A stretch of 64,000 nucleotides of DNA. Origin: Torpedo marmorata. Taxonomy: Eukaryota. Shown in pieces: positions 12,401-24,834 of the stretch. The DNA is taken from contig OZ360240.1 of assembly GCA_977017645.1 (NCBI GenBank), forward strand, positions 6,014,001 through 6,078,000. The letters are read 5' to 3'. Every line of letters starts with the position of its first letter. Within the stretch, counting starts at the first letter, position 1. Under the pieces are notes generated by a model that saw only the letters and a program-made list of their open reading frames with translations, was not told where the DNA came from and searched no databases. The translations under genes were made by a program, and so were the position numbers.

Positions 12401-13955
12401 GAGGACTGGGTCGTGTTCCCCTGACTTCCTCCTGAAGTCCACAATCATCTCCTTGGTTTTGCTGACGTTGAGCTCAAGGTTGTTGTCGTTACACCATTCA
12501 ACGAGCTGATCTATCTCCGTCCTGTACGCTTCCTCATTGCCGTTTGTGATTCTGCCGACAACTGTGGTGTCAACGGCAGACTTGTAGATGGCATTGGAAT
12601 TGTGCCTGGCAACACAGTCATGGGTGTATAACAAGTAGAGCAGTGGGCTAAGCACGCATCCTTGGGGTGCGCCTGTGTTGATAATCAGTGAGGAGGAGAC
12701 GTTGTTTCCAATTCGTACTGACCTTAGTCTTCCGATGAGAAAGTCAAGGATCCAGTTGCAGAGGGGGGTACAGAGGCCTAGAGTTTGTAGCTTCTTGACC
12801 AGCACTGAGGGAATAATGGTATTGAAGGCTGAGCTGGAGTCGATGAAGAGCAGCCGTATGTATGAATTGCTATTTTCGAGTTGATCCAGAGCTAAGTGTA
12901 GAGCCAGCGATATTGCATCTGCTGTGGAGCGATTGTGACGATAGGGGAATTGCAGTGGGTCCAGATCTTTGCTTAGGTACGTGTTAATTCTGGCCATGAC
13001 CAGCCTCTCAAAGCATTTCATCACAGAACTTGATTAACGGTAACTTTATAATCCCCGCAAATTCGGATTTCTCCATTCGGTTTTCGGACTGGCACGATGG
13101 GAGCTGCCCAATCATTATATTGAAGCTTTTCAATGATTCCTTCGTTTTCTAATCTGTTGAGTTCTGCTTCAATTTTTCCTTTTATTGCAAAAGGCACTGT
13201 CCTTGGCTTATAGAACTTGGGTTCAGCTTCAGGTTTCAATTATAACTTTGCTTGGTCTCCTTTGATTTTCCCCAGGCCTTTTCCGAATAAGGTTTGATAC
13301 TTTTTAAGCACTTGTGTCAGTTTTGATTTTGGTTCATTCTCAGTATGAATCTTCAGTACTGAACCGATTTCCATCCAATCTAATTGGATGTGTGATAACC
13401 AGTTTCTTCCGAACAATGCATGTCCCTTTCTGTCAATGATGACGAGGGGTAAGTCTTTCGAGATCTTACCCTTATATTCGACCTTTACTTTGCATTTACC
13501 AATCACTTTGACTTTTTCCCTTATGACCGTTTTCAATACCATGTCGGACTGTTTTATGGTAAGGTTGGGCAATAGTTGTGCTTTTATGTGTTTTGGCATT
13601 AGAGTCACTGATGCTCCGGTGTCCAACTCCATCTGAAGAGGTTTGTCGTTGATTTTAACCTCCACATAAATTTCAGATTTCTTGTCCCCCACACTGCGGA
13701 CATGCATTACATCCACTGCCTGCATTACATCCACTGCCATTTCCCCCTCAGTCATTATTAGAATCACCGCTAGAGGTTTCGTCCTTCTCTTCTATATTTT
13801 TCACTTTGGACGGTTGTCTGCTGTATTTTGGCTTTTGTTTATTTCTTTTTTGGTATATTAGTCTTCTGTTTGGACATCTGGATTTGATGTGTCCTTCCTT
13901 GTCACATAAATGGCATTTGGCTTTTTTTAAATAACAGTTATCAGGGCTGTGGTTG
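9429..13955 (-). pseudogene. Gypsy-1 gag remnant/pol (zinc knuckle, protease, RT, RNase H, integrase), frameshifted
   Basis: CHLCDKEGHIKSRC; MELDTGAS (13240..13767); IRICGDYK; YLDD; DASPVGLGA; HVDFAG; SDNGPQF; PYHPSTNGEAE. Confidence 0.93.
11756..13026 (-). mobile_element. Rex1/Babar-type LINE, 5'-truncated, inserted in the Gypsy-1 RT
   Basis: ORF 12155..13024 ([10 protein letters not shown]); (ATTCTG)n tail; the Gypsy frame NQVL...PEDPMPRAEELF is split around it. Confidence 0.93.
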
Positions 13956-14008
13956 CTTCTCTTCCCTTTCCTTCTTAGGGAAGTTCGTTTTGATCCTCGT
14001 CGCCAATC

Positions 14009-14152
14009 TGTAGTGTATTCTAGGCTTAGATATACACAAGCACACGGAGACGTGGTGCTTCATTCATTCTTTATTACTAAACTAAAGATGGTTTCCCGCG
14101 CCACACAATATATGTGCATCATGACGTACCAAGCCTGCATGTATCCACAACA
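14009..14152 (-). repeat. 5' LTR of Gypsy-1
   Basis: 144 bp (12-bp deletion relative to the 3' LTR), adjacent to the PBS. Confidence 0.95.
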
Positions 14153-14404
14153 AAAAGCATCTATTCTCTAATCCATGCAGGATACATCAGCAAAATTGCA
14201 GTTAATATAATACTTGTTTAAGCTCAATGGCATCTAAATGGACATAATGGGGGTTATGAATTTAAAAATAAAACTCTTAGATATAACTACAGATTACCAA
14301 ACCATAAAAAAGCCCTAAATTTCAAAAGCAACCAAATGCCTGCTGAACAGTTTTGTAATCTACCAGAATAGCTATTGAAACACTGTATTCTTGAAATGCC
14401 ATTT

Positions 14405-15633
14405 GAGTAGCCTCGCCGAGAGAACCCTCGCAAGGCGTCAGGCCCTGATGACATACCTGGCAGGGTATTGAAAATCTGTGCCAACCAACTAGCCGGTGTG
14501 TTCCCAGACATTTGCCTATCGTCACAATTTGCCTATCGTCACAATCGCTCCACAGCAGATGCAATATCACAGGCTCTCCACTCAGCTCTGGATCACCTAG
14601 ACAACAGCAACACATACATCTAGCTACCCTTCATCGACTACAGCTCAGCCTTCAACATCATCATTCCCTCAGTGCTGGTCAACAAGCTCCAAAACCTGGG
14701 CCTCTGCACCCCCCTCTGCAACTGGATCATCAGAAGATCACAGTCAGTACGAATTGGAAACAGCATCTCCTCCTTACTGACAATCAACACAGGCGCAACT
14801 CAAAGGTGTTCTACTCACTCTACACCCATGACTGTGTGGCTAGGCAGTTCAAATGCCATCTACAAATTTGCCGATGACACCACGGTCATTGGCAGAATCA
14901 CGGACGGCAATGAGGAAGCTTAGATCAGCTAGTTGAGTGGTGTCACAACAACAACCTTGCACTCAGCATCAACAAAACCAAGGAGCTGATTGTGGACTTC
15001 AGAAGGAAATCAGGAGAACACAAACCAGTCCTCATTGATGGGTCAGCATTGGAGAGGGTAAGAACTTCAAATTCCTTGGTGTAAACATCTCTGAGGATCT
15101 GTCCTGCAATTAGGAAGAAGGCTATTCAGCAGCTATACTTCATGAGGAGTTTGAGGAAATTTGGTATGTCACCACAGACTCTTGCAAATTTCTACAGGTG
15201 TACCGTGAAGAGCATTCTGATTGGTTGCATCACTGTCTGGTTATGGAGGTGCCAATGCACAGGACAGGAAGAAACTCCAGAGTTGTTAACTCTGCCAGCA
15301 ACATCACGGGCACCAGACTTCACTCCATCAAAGAAAACTACAAGAGGCGGTGTCTTAAGAAAGCAGCCTATATCCTCAAAGACCCCCACCACCCAGGCCA
15401 TTTCCTCTTCACACTGCTACCATCAGGTAAAAGGTACAGGAGCCTGAAGACGAGCACCCAGCGGCACAAGGACAGCTTCTTCCCCTGTGCCATCAGATTT
15501 CTGAATGGACAATGAACCACAGACACGACCCCACTTTCTCGCACTATTTATTTTGAAGTGTGATTTATCGCAACACTTGCACTGTAATGCTGCTGCAAAA
15601 CAAAGAATTTCATGACAATACATTCTGATTCTG
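14405..15633 (+). mobile_element. Rex1/Babar-type LINE, degenerate
   Basis: YKFADD, KDPHHP, RFLN motifs; ATTCTG tail. Confidence 0.88.
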
Positions 15634-15979
15634 AGTGTTGACCTGTAGTTTTTGGCCCAGTAAGATAACAGAATGTTGGCATTGCATCAATTAGATATTC
15701 TTAAGCTAGCACTTGTATTAGTGTGCATTTGTTACGAGTAAGATGGGCAATATTCTGTCAAACTGTTTCATTATCCTTTGTAGCCACAAGTTCTTAGATC
15801 CACAACATCACAATGCATTTCAATTTATTGCACAGAATAGGGCCCCCTTTTCAAATAATATTATTGCATAGTGTTTCATGAATAAACAACCACATGAAGG
15901 CAGTGAATGCAGTGTTCAAGTCACTCTCCGTAGACAAGAATTAAAATGAGAAAAATTAACTACATCAATAAGGATGAGA

Positions 15980-16520
15980 TACACAAGAAAATTTGTAGAT
16001 GCTGGGGTCGAATGCAGTACACAAAAGCGCTGGAGAAACTCAGCAGGTCACGCAGCATCCGTAGAAAGTAACAGACAGTCAACGCTGTATGGAATGTCAA
16101 AAATCAGGCAGACGCTTGAATAAAAAGGTGGCAAGGGGGTGGAGCACAGGCTAACAGACAAGATGTAATATGTGGATACAGGTGGGAGGGTAGAAGAGAA
16201 AGAAGCTGAGAAGTGATAGGAGGAAAAGGGGGTCTAAGAAGGACAGGGAAGGGGTGGGGAGCTGGAGGAAGGGAGACAGAGGGGTATGGAAAGCGAAAGA
16301 CAGGGTGAGAGGTTTAATAGAAATTGGAGAAGTCATGTTTGTCGATGGCCTCATGTACTGCCAAACTGAACCACCTGCAAAATGGAGAAACAACAACAGC
16401 TTATATTCCAGCTTGGCAGTCTCCAACCAGGTGGCATCAATATCATTCTCCAATTTGTGTTAAACCCCTCACCCAGTCTCACTCTTCCCCAACCCCTATG
16501 TCCCACTTCCTTCCCTTCTT
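15980..16520. mobile_element. Old Penelope 3' end with internal inversion
   Basis: Minus-strand tail (gctggagaaactcagcagg) up to ~16340, then plus-strand GIY-YIG end (ggcctcatgtactgcc...ctccaaccaggtggcatcaat). Confidence 0.65.
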
Positions 16521-16536
16521 TTTAAACATTTTTTAA

Positions 16537-16698
16537 GGTGCTGTCTGTAAGGAGTTTGTACGTTCTCCCTGTGTCTGCGTGGGTTTCCTCCGGGTGGTCC
16601 GGTTTCCTCCCACCGTTCAAAACATACCGAGGGTTGTAGGTTAATTGGGCGGCATGGCTCGTGGGCCGAAAGGGCCTGTTACCGTGCTGTATGTCTAA
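16537..16698 (+). mobile_element. V-SINE (HE1-like), 5'-truncated, with CR1-type tail
   Basis: V-domain GTTCTCCCTGTGTCTGCGTGGGTTTCCTCCGGGTGGTCCGGTTTCCTCCCAC; tail GGGCCGAAAGGGCCTGTTACCGTGCTGTA. Confidence 0.85.
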
Positions 16699-16879
16699 AG
16701 TCGACATGAAAGCAGAACCCCAAGCATGTTGAGGATGATGGATCTTGAGTAAAGTCTTGGGGTCACAGAATATCCAATTTAAAATAATACAATCAGGCAG
16801 GTTATTTGAGAATTTCACAATTTTTGCATCTTAAAATGAATAAGGATGCATGGGCACTCGCTTTGAAGCAACTGTATCT

Positions 16880-17190
16880 ACAGGTGTAAATAACTGGAAC
16901 TGCTCTGCCCAAGCCACAATAAAATGCAGAGAATTCTAACTGCAGCTCAGGCTAACACACGAACCAACCTCTTCTCCATCTATATTTCCTGCTGTCTCAG
17001 GAAAGCTGTTAAACAAATTAAAAAGGACCTATCCCACCCAGATCATATTCTCTTCTACCCCTTCTTCTGCCAGGCAGAAGATAACCAAGCTTGAAGACGT
17101 GAATCTCCAGATTTAAGGACAATTTCCTGCTGTTATCAGACACTTAAACGTATTCTACACTGGCAAAAGATTATGCCCTTGCACTGTTTT
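16880..17190 (+). mobile_element. Old Rex1-like LINE 3' fragment
   Basis: Decayed equivalent of the KDPSHP...GRR...RFKD region. Confidence 0.5.
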
Positions 17191-17458
17191 TTTTAAATAG
17201 TAGGTGGCGACTGTTTACCATCCAGGTCACTTTATCTTTCTTCACACTTTTCTTTTATTTCTTTTCTATCTTTTCTTTCTTCTTTTCTGGGATGTTGGTT
17301 TGGGGGGAGGGGGGAAAGTGGGCTGGGGTTTACCTATCGTGTATAAGTAGTGTAATAATAATAAATTGACATCTTGTTATGTATTATATGATTATGCATG
17401 TATGGATAAAAATTTCAAAAATAAAATATTCCAAAATAAAAAACCAAAAAAAAAAAAA
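17190..17458 (+). mobile_element. L1-like 3' UTR fragment with poly(A)
   Basis: T-rich tract, G-rich tract, AATAAA and an A-run, in the same order as the other L1-like ends. Confidence 0.55.
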
Positions 17459-17710
17459 GTTTTCTCTATACCTTACACTTGCCCGGTAGGCAAACGGTCC
17501 ATCTTCTCTCACCAGAACTACTACTACTCTGGTGCCAACCACCAGGAGTTGCACAAGATCTCACACATATACTCCAGTTTTGTTTGAACAGGAACTATCA
17601 GAAGAAAGTTAAACTTGCATCTTCCCATTCATGGTAATTATTTGCCTTGTGTAACAATGTACTAATTTTACCAGTTAGATTCTGATTAGAAAAAGTATCG
17701 GATAACTAAT

Positions 17711-18536
17711 AAAAAACACAAAAGCTGGAGAACTCAGCAGGTCAAACACTGTCTTTTATGTAGCAAAGGTAGAAATACATAACCGACGTTTCGGGCTTGA
17801 GCCCTTCATCAAAGTATGAGAAAATGCCGGCAGGCGTCCGAACAAAGGAGTGAGGGGGGAAGGGGGGTGGCAAAGGCAGGAGATGATAGGTGGAGAAAAG
17901 AGGGAGGGGACAGCAGCAAAGAGGGGGAGGAGGGATGGCTGGGTGGGTGGAAAAAAAACAGGAAGGATTGGTGAGGGGGGAGGGGAAGGGAACAACAAAC
18001 AGATTTAGTGGAAAGCAGAAAAGTCAATGTTAATGCCATCTGGCTGGAGAGTGCCGAGACGGAATATGAGATGTTGTTCCTCCAATTTGCGGGTAGTCTG
18101 GGTGGGATAGTACATGAGGCCATGGACAGACATGTGAGCGTGGGAGTGTGACCCAGAATTGAAATGGTTGGCTACTGGGAGGTCGCTGTTGTTGCGGACG
18201 GAGAGGAGGTGCTCAGCAAAGTGGTCTCCCAATCTACGACCGGTCTCTCCAATGTATAGAAAGCCACAAAGGGAGCACCGGATGCAGTAGATAAGTCCTC
18301 TGGATGTACAAGTGGTGTAGTTTCACTTGGAAGGCCTGTTTGGGGCCCTGGACCGTGGTGAGGGGGGAGGTGTGGGCGCAGGTGTTGCACCTCCTGCGGG
18401 CACAGGGGAAGGTTCCGGGGGTGCGATGGGTGGGGAGGGACGAGTGCACGAGTGAATCGCGGAGGGAGCGGTCCCTACGGAAGGCCGAGAGGGGAGGAGA
18501 AGGAAAAATGTGTCTGGTAGTGGGATCCTGCAGCAA
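17711..18536 (-). mobile_element. Penelope-like element, 5'-truncated
   Basis: Near-identical to 185..1001. Confidence 0.92.
17778..17818 (-). ncRNA. Minimal hammerhead ribozyme motif, copy 3
   Basis: Identical to 254..294. Confidence 0.75.
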
Positions 18537-19614
18537 GTTCATTCTTCAAAAACAAGCTTTTAATGTGTCTGAAACATCAACTGCTTTTTACTTCCTATGG
18601 TTGTTGCATGATCTGCTGTGTTTCTCCAGCACTTTTCTACTCTTTTAATGGGTCTACTGACTCTGCTGGTGATGATGCAAGATACATGGCTAATGAATGG
18701 TACCTATGCCACAGTCAGTGTTAATTTCACATCTTATTTGAAAAGGGTCACTTCCAGCTCATGCTCAATTGAAAATCATCAATATTTTGTGTTCATATCT
18801 CAGTAGGATTTGAACCTAGCACCTTTGGACTTGAAAATAACTCGTGGCATCAGCTTTCTGCCTTTAGGTCATACCATCCTAAATCTAACTTTCCCTCAAA
18901 CATCCGGTTTTCTGTATGTCCACAATTTAATGTGTGGTAGCTTTACACCAAACAATTATCATACTTCAAAACAGAGTTTTCTGTAAATTCACTTTGTAAT
19001 AGGATGATGAGTTGAACATAGAAAGCGAAAAAGTCAGTACACTTTAAAAACAATAAAAAATATGCATCATATTGCCATATCTTTCAGAATATTTTGGGAA
19101 AAGAAGAATATTTCCCAGCAATTATAATAGCTCGCCATAATAATAAACTACTTGCTCAAATTTCAAATCTGTCCATGCAGGTTCTCAAAAGGCAAAATTA
19201 TACTTCTGTAAACCAACAAAGCTATCTTACTTTGTGCTCTCGTCAAATTCTTTAGATACTGGCCTGTAAATTTCAATCTCCTTCTGTCCAAGTTGAGCTG
19301 TAATTCTTCTAAGCACACTTTTGTGTTCAAGAAAGTCAACGAAGGAGAAAGTCTATTTTGTCTGAAATGCTTTTCTAATTACACAGCAATAGTTGTTTTA
19401 TCACCTCTTCATTCCAGAAATAATCATAAATCTACATATTTTATAAACTATTAAATAAAAACATTTGCCAGGTGATATTTCTACTCTCATAATTAATCAC
19501 TCCATGGGTATAATGAACCTTCAAAGTTCCCTTTCCTAATCATGGTTCTTTTTAAATGATTGCAGCTTTTATTTAACAAACAAAAGAAAACTACACTTTC
19601 TCTAATCATTTACA

Positions 19615-19972
19615 TTTCATATTTACTGTCAGAGTACATACATAACATCACATACAACCCTGAAATTCTTTATCTGCGCAGCAGAATTACCACTAATTGG
19701 TAGTGCAAAAAAAAATTGCACACAGCGTAAACATGTAAACAAACAAAGAACTGTAAACAGATAACAAATGTAAACAAACTGTGCAATACAGAGAGAACAA
19801 AAAGAAAATCAATAACGTGCACAAGAGTCCTTAAATGAGTCTCTGATTGAGTTTGTCGTTGAGGAGTCTGACGGTGGAGGGGTAGCAGCTGTTCCAAAAC
19901 CTGGTGGTGCGAGTCTTGTGGCACCTATACCTCTTTCCAGGTGGCAGCAGCGAGAACAGAGCGTGTGCTGGG
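19615..19972 (-). mobile_element. Rex1-like LINE subfamily B, 3' end
   Basis: Reverse complement of 20830..21145 plus the tail gtatgtactctgacagtaaa. Confidence 0.85.
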
Positions 19973-20461
19973 AGGCTCTTTTGAAAATGGTTTTATCATT
20001 TATTATATTATAACACTAAGATGCTTTATATTTTACAAAGTGAGAGTCAAGGGCTTATGTGAGTAGCCAAAGAACACAGTTGTGCTATGGAGTGTATAAA
20101 ACACTGAAAGACAATCTGTCATTCTCAGCTTTTGGAAGCTAAAGGTTGTTTTTTTAAATGTTATTACTTCATAAAATATTAAGTGCTTATAAAATATACA
20201 TAAACTGAAACAGAACAGAATAATGGTTTCCTTTAGATGTTGTTTGCAAATTGGATGAATAGCAATAACCATTGAGGTTCTATTCTAAGGAATCACAAAA
20301 AATAAAAACATCAGAACAGTGTTTACAATTTGCAGGTCTTTTATTATTAGTGAGACAATGTAATCCATCCAAGTTATTATTTGTAAGGATATGTAGTTTC
20401 AGACACAAAAATGTTATTTTGTGGGTACAGCACAGAAAGTTTATTTCAATTTTAAGATTCA

Positions 20462-21148
20462 GAGGTGGAGAGGGTGAGCAAATTTAAGTTATTGGGAGTC
20501 ACTATCTCAGAGGATCTTTCCTGGACCCAACACACCAATGGCATCGTGAAGAAAGCACGTCAGCGCCTCTACTTCCTCAGGAGTTTGCGGAGGTTTGGTA
20601 TGACATCAGAAACCCTGGCAAATTTCTACAGAGGTGTGGTGGAAAGTGTGCTGACCGGCTGCATCACAGTCTGGTATGGAAACACCAATACCCCTGAGCG
20701 TAAAGCCCTCCAAAAGGTAGTGGACACAGCCCAGGACATCACAGGCAAAACCCTTCCCAATATTGAGTACATCTACAGGGAACGCTGCCGTCGGAGAGCA
20801 GCAGCAATCATCAAAGACCCTCACCACCCAGCACACGCTCTGTTCTCACTGCTGCCATCAGGAAAGAGGTATAAATTCCACAACTCACACCACCAGGTTC
20901 AGGAACAGCTGCTACCCCTCCACCATCAGACTCCTCAACGACAAGCTCAATCAGAGACTCATTTAAGGACTCTTACTTGTGCACTTTATTAATTTTCTTT
21001 TTGTTTTCTCTGTATTGCACAGTTTGTTTACATTCGTTATCTGTTTATAGTTCTTTGTTTGTTTACATGTTTTACGCTGTGTAAAGTTTATTTTTTGCAC
21101 TACTAATTAGTGGTAATTCTGCTGCGCCCGCAGGAAAAAGGAATCTCA
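20462..21148 (+). mobile_element. Rex1-like LINE subfamily B, 3' fragment
   Basis: ORF 20465..20992 ([23 protein letters not shown]). Confidence 0.88.
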
Positions 21149-21353
21149 AATTAAATGTCTATTCATGTCACCAGAGAAAATGCACGGTCTCTTCTGCAAA
21201 TTCATGCCAGAGATGTTATGTAAATGAACATACTCAACATTCCATGCTGCAAATTTCACTGATTCATTAATTCACAAACTTCAGCACACATATTCAAGTT
21301 TCTGTGAATGTTTATTGACCTGAAATATAACACTACTTCACTCTCCACAGATA

Positions 21354-21619
21354 CAGTGAAACCCCGATTTTACGCGCCCCGATTTAAGGCGAATTCGGAT
21401 ATAACGCGATAAGTCATTGGACTCAGGCGTCGGGCTCCCGGATTAATTTAAAATGCATACAGAATAACTGGGATGTTCCAAATAAAGGAGAAATGGAAAT
21501 GATGTAGGTATGAAAATTAAACAGGGAAATACAGTGAAACCCCGATTTAGCGCAACCCCGCTTTTTTCGCGATGAGATTTTATGGACCCCAACGATCGCG
21601 TTATAACGGGGTTTCACTG
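21354..21619. mobile_element. TA-flanked Tc1/mariner-pogo MITE
   Basis: TIR CAGTGAAACCCCG at both ends, TA TSD, extra internal TIR at 21532; inserted in an old Penelope tail. Confidence 0.9.
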
Positions 21620-22054
21620 TACTTCTTAACCTGCTGACTATTTCCTGCCCCTTATGTTTTATACTTTAAAAAAGAATCACTTGGTCATAACTTCCTTGGC
21701 TCACTTTTGAGATCTTCGTAATCTCAAGTCTGTTCCTCATTAAAACGTGTCATAATAATCCAAACACGAACTCTAGTCCTGCCCAGAAAATAAAATTGTC
21801 CATCAAGCAACAGAAAGGAACTCATTCAAACATTTTCTGTTTCAGTTTATGGAGAACACATGCGGCAGACTTGGTCCTTGGCTGTGGCAACTAACTCACT
21901 CCCCTGCTGTTTGTGTACTATTTTTAGTATTATTAGGCATAAATCCATTCTTTTCCTACATTACAAAATTATGTGAACATGTAAAGAGATCATTTTACAT
22001 CATTTGAAAACATTCAACTATCTCAACAACAGTTACTGTACACAAGCACATAAA

Positions 22055-22335
22055 AGACAGGAATAGCTACATGGCCCCTCAAGTCTGCTCAATCATTCAA
22101 TAAGATTATGGTTTGATTTTGGCCTCATCTGTCTGTTCCCCTTCACCCTCAAAATCGGTCTGCTGGCCTTAAATATTTTCAATGATTCAACCATCACAAC
22201 TCTCCGAGGTAGAGTTCCAAATATTCATCACCCTCAACGTACTTCTTTACTGCCTCTTTTCATAATTCCATAACCATGCAACTCCATTACAAGGGGAAAA
22301 CACAGCTTGGCGTCTTGACAAGCCCTCTCAAGATC
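22055..22335 (-). mobile_element. Old CR1 3' fragment
   Basis: Decayed version of the CR1 tail at 29080..29330. Confidence 0.5.
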
Positions 22336-22356
22336 AACTCCAAACAACAATATATA

Positions 22357-24750
22357 CAGTGCCCTCCATAATGTTTGGGATAAAGACACTTTTTTTTCCT
22401 TTATTTGCCCCTGTGCTCCACAGTTTTAAATTTGTAATCAAACAATTCACATGTAATAAAAGTGCACATTCCAGATTTTAGTCAAAGTTATTTGTCTACA
22501 TTTTGGTTTGACCAAGTAGAAATTAAAACACTTTTTATACATAGTCCCCTCATTTCAGGGCACCATAATGTTTGGGACATTTGGCTTCATACTCAGGTAT
22601 GTTTAATTGCTTCATTGGTGCAGGTATAAGAAAGCTAGGCTTGCTTCAAAGCTTTTGATCACCTTTGGAGTCTGTAGTTGCATTTTTCACCTTGAGGACC
22701 AGAGTTGTGCCAATGAAAGTCAAAGAAGCCATTATGAGGCTAAAAAACAAGAATAAGACAGTAAGTGACATCGCCCAAACCTTAGCACAGGGCTTCCCAA
22801 ACTTTTTAGCTCACAGAACCCTTTTGGGGAGCACTTGGAAATCGCGGAAACCCAGTCGTCAATTACAGTTTAAAAGACCTGGTATATACACAAGCATAGT
22901 AAGAAAGTAAATAAACTCACTAGTAGCAGATTAACTACCACCAGGGCCCTAGGCTGAGCTTTAGTAAGGCCCCCCCTGACATTGCCCCGCCACGGGCCCA
23001 GGCTACCCCCGCCGCCCCTCTTTCCCCGCCACAGCCCAGGCCGCCCCCGCCGACCCTCGCTCCCCAGTGAGGGCCTGGCCACCCGGGCGCCACTCGCTAC
23101 TGGCCTCTCATTTAGCTGTACCGGCCACCGGTCAGACAGCGCCAGCCGCGCACCCCTCCCGTTGTTCACTTACCGCAGGTGACAGGCTGCGCCCCCTCCT
23201 CGCACATGCCGCAAATCTTCATGCCGCCACCAGCTCCCAGAAACCACCTCGCGTTACCCCGGCAATGGCGCGGCGCCGACTCTGGCCCACAGTCACCGGC
23301 TTCACCTGCGCAGAGTCGGGGTGTTGGAGAACACCGCACATGCTCCTTAAGTCAATTCCGAGTCGCGACTGCGCCCTCGGCTCCTTCAGCGGAGATAAGG
23401 TGCAATCTCGCCATGGGGTTTCTGGGTATTTCTGGCGGCCATGAAACTGGCCGCTGCGCTGTTTGGTGTCCTGTGATGTTCGCCCCAGTCACTTTTCAAA
23501 AGACCAAGCTCCCCAGGTTTCCGGAGTCTGGTTTGGCTCCCCCCGCCCGAAACAAATTGAATTAAAGACAGAGGAAAAATGTAAATTAAAGAAAAACAGG
23601 TAGATCGTTATTACTCCCTGTCATTTCTTCCGCGGAACCCCAACGCCTTTCCGCGGAACCCAGTTTGGGAAACACTGCCTTAGCATTACCAAAATTAACA
23701 GTTTGGAACATCATTAAGAAGAAAGAGCGTACTGGTGAGCTCAGTGATCGCAAAGGGACTGGTATTCCAAGGAAGACCTCCAATGCCGATGACAGAAGAG
23801 CTCTCATCATAATAAAGAAAAATACCCAAACGTATGTCTGACGGATCAGAAACACTCTTCAGGAGGCAGATGTGGATATACCAATGACTACTGTCTGCAG
23901 AAGACTTCATGAACAGAAATACAGAGGCTACACTGCAAGATGCAAACCATGGCAAAGGTGGTATGCTTTGGATCTTGGACAGTTCCTTTACACCTCCACA
24001 CTTCCCTCTTGCCATCACTCTGATACAGGTTAATCTTGGTCTCATCTGTCCACAAGACCTTCTTCCAGAATTCTGCAAGCTCTTTTAAATATTTCTTGGC
24101 AAACTGTAATCTGGCCATCCTTTCTGTGGCTAACCAGTGGCTTACATCTTGCAGTATAGCCTCTGTATTTCTTTTCATGAAGTCTTCTGCGGACAGTAGT
24201 CATTGACATAATCTCACCTGCCTCCTGAAGAGTTTTTCTGATCTGTTGGACATATGATATGGGATTTTTCTTCATTATGATGAGAATTCTTCTGTCATCA
24301 GCAGTGGAGCTCTTCCTTGGAATGCGTCCCATTGCGATTACTGATCTCACCAGTACGCTCTTTCTTCTTAATGATGTTCCAAACTGTTGATTTTGGTAAA
24401 GCTAAGGTTTGGGCGATGTCTCTTACTGTTTTATTCTTGCTTTTCAGCCTCATAATGGCTTCTTTGACTTTCATTGGCACAACTCTGGTCCTCATGTTGA
24501 AAAATGGCAACTACAGACTCCAAAGGTGATCAAAAGCTAGAAGCAAGCCGAGCTCTCTTCTACCTACACGAATGAAGCAATTAAACATACCTGAGCACTC
24601 ACAAACACATGGTCAAATCAAAATGTATACAAATAACCTTGAATAAAATCTGGAATGTGCACTTTAATCATGTGTGAATTGTTTGATTACAAATTTAAAA
24701 CTGTGGAGCACAGGGGCAAATAAAGGAAAACATTTCTTTGTCCCAAACAT
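22357..24750. mobile_element. Tc1 transposon, fold-back derivative (two 5' halves in inverted orientation)
   Basis: TA-CAGTGCCCTCCATAATGTTTGGGA left end. Transposase N-terminus on + (22665 onward, resuming at 23686) and on - (24298..24510; WKKVLWTDETKI in 23888..24178). The tip of the right TIR is missing. Confidence 0.9.
22788..23677. mobile_element. Non-autonomous hAT (Charlie-like) element
   Basis: TIRs CAGGGCTTCCCAAACT / AGTTTGGGAAACACTG; perfect 8-bp TSD CCTTAGCA (22780..22787, 23678..23685) with central TA. Confidence 0.93.
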
Positions 24751-24834
24751 GTACAACTCACATTTCCTCAGAGCCACCCTTACATGCCAGCAAATAACCA
24801 GTGGACCTTTTCTCGTCTGTCACCAATGCATGGA

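Larger units (their letters stand above)
8851..14152 (-). mobile_element. Gypsy (Mag-like) LTR retrotransposon, gag largely deleted, RT interrupted by a LINE
   Basis: TG..CA LTRs at 8851..9006 and 14009..14152; 5-bp TSD AAAAG (8846..8850, 14153..14157); PBS TGGCGACGAGGAT (tRNA-Ser GCU type); PPT at 9009..9020. Confidence 0.96.

Noticed and set aside
22870-23565. GC-rich ORFs / CpG island as the host promoter
   Set aside because: It lies wholly inside a TSD-bounded hAT element and has no exon-1 peptide.
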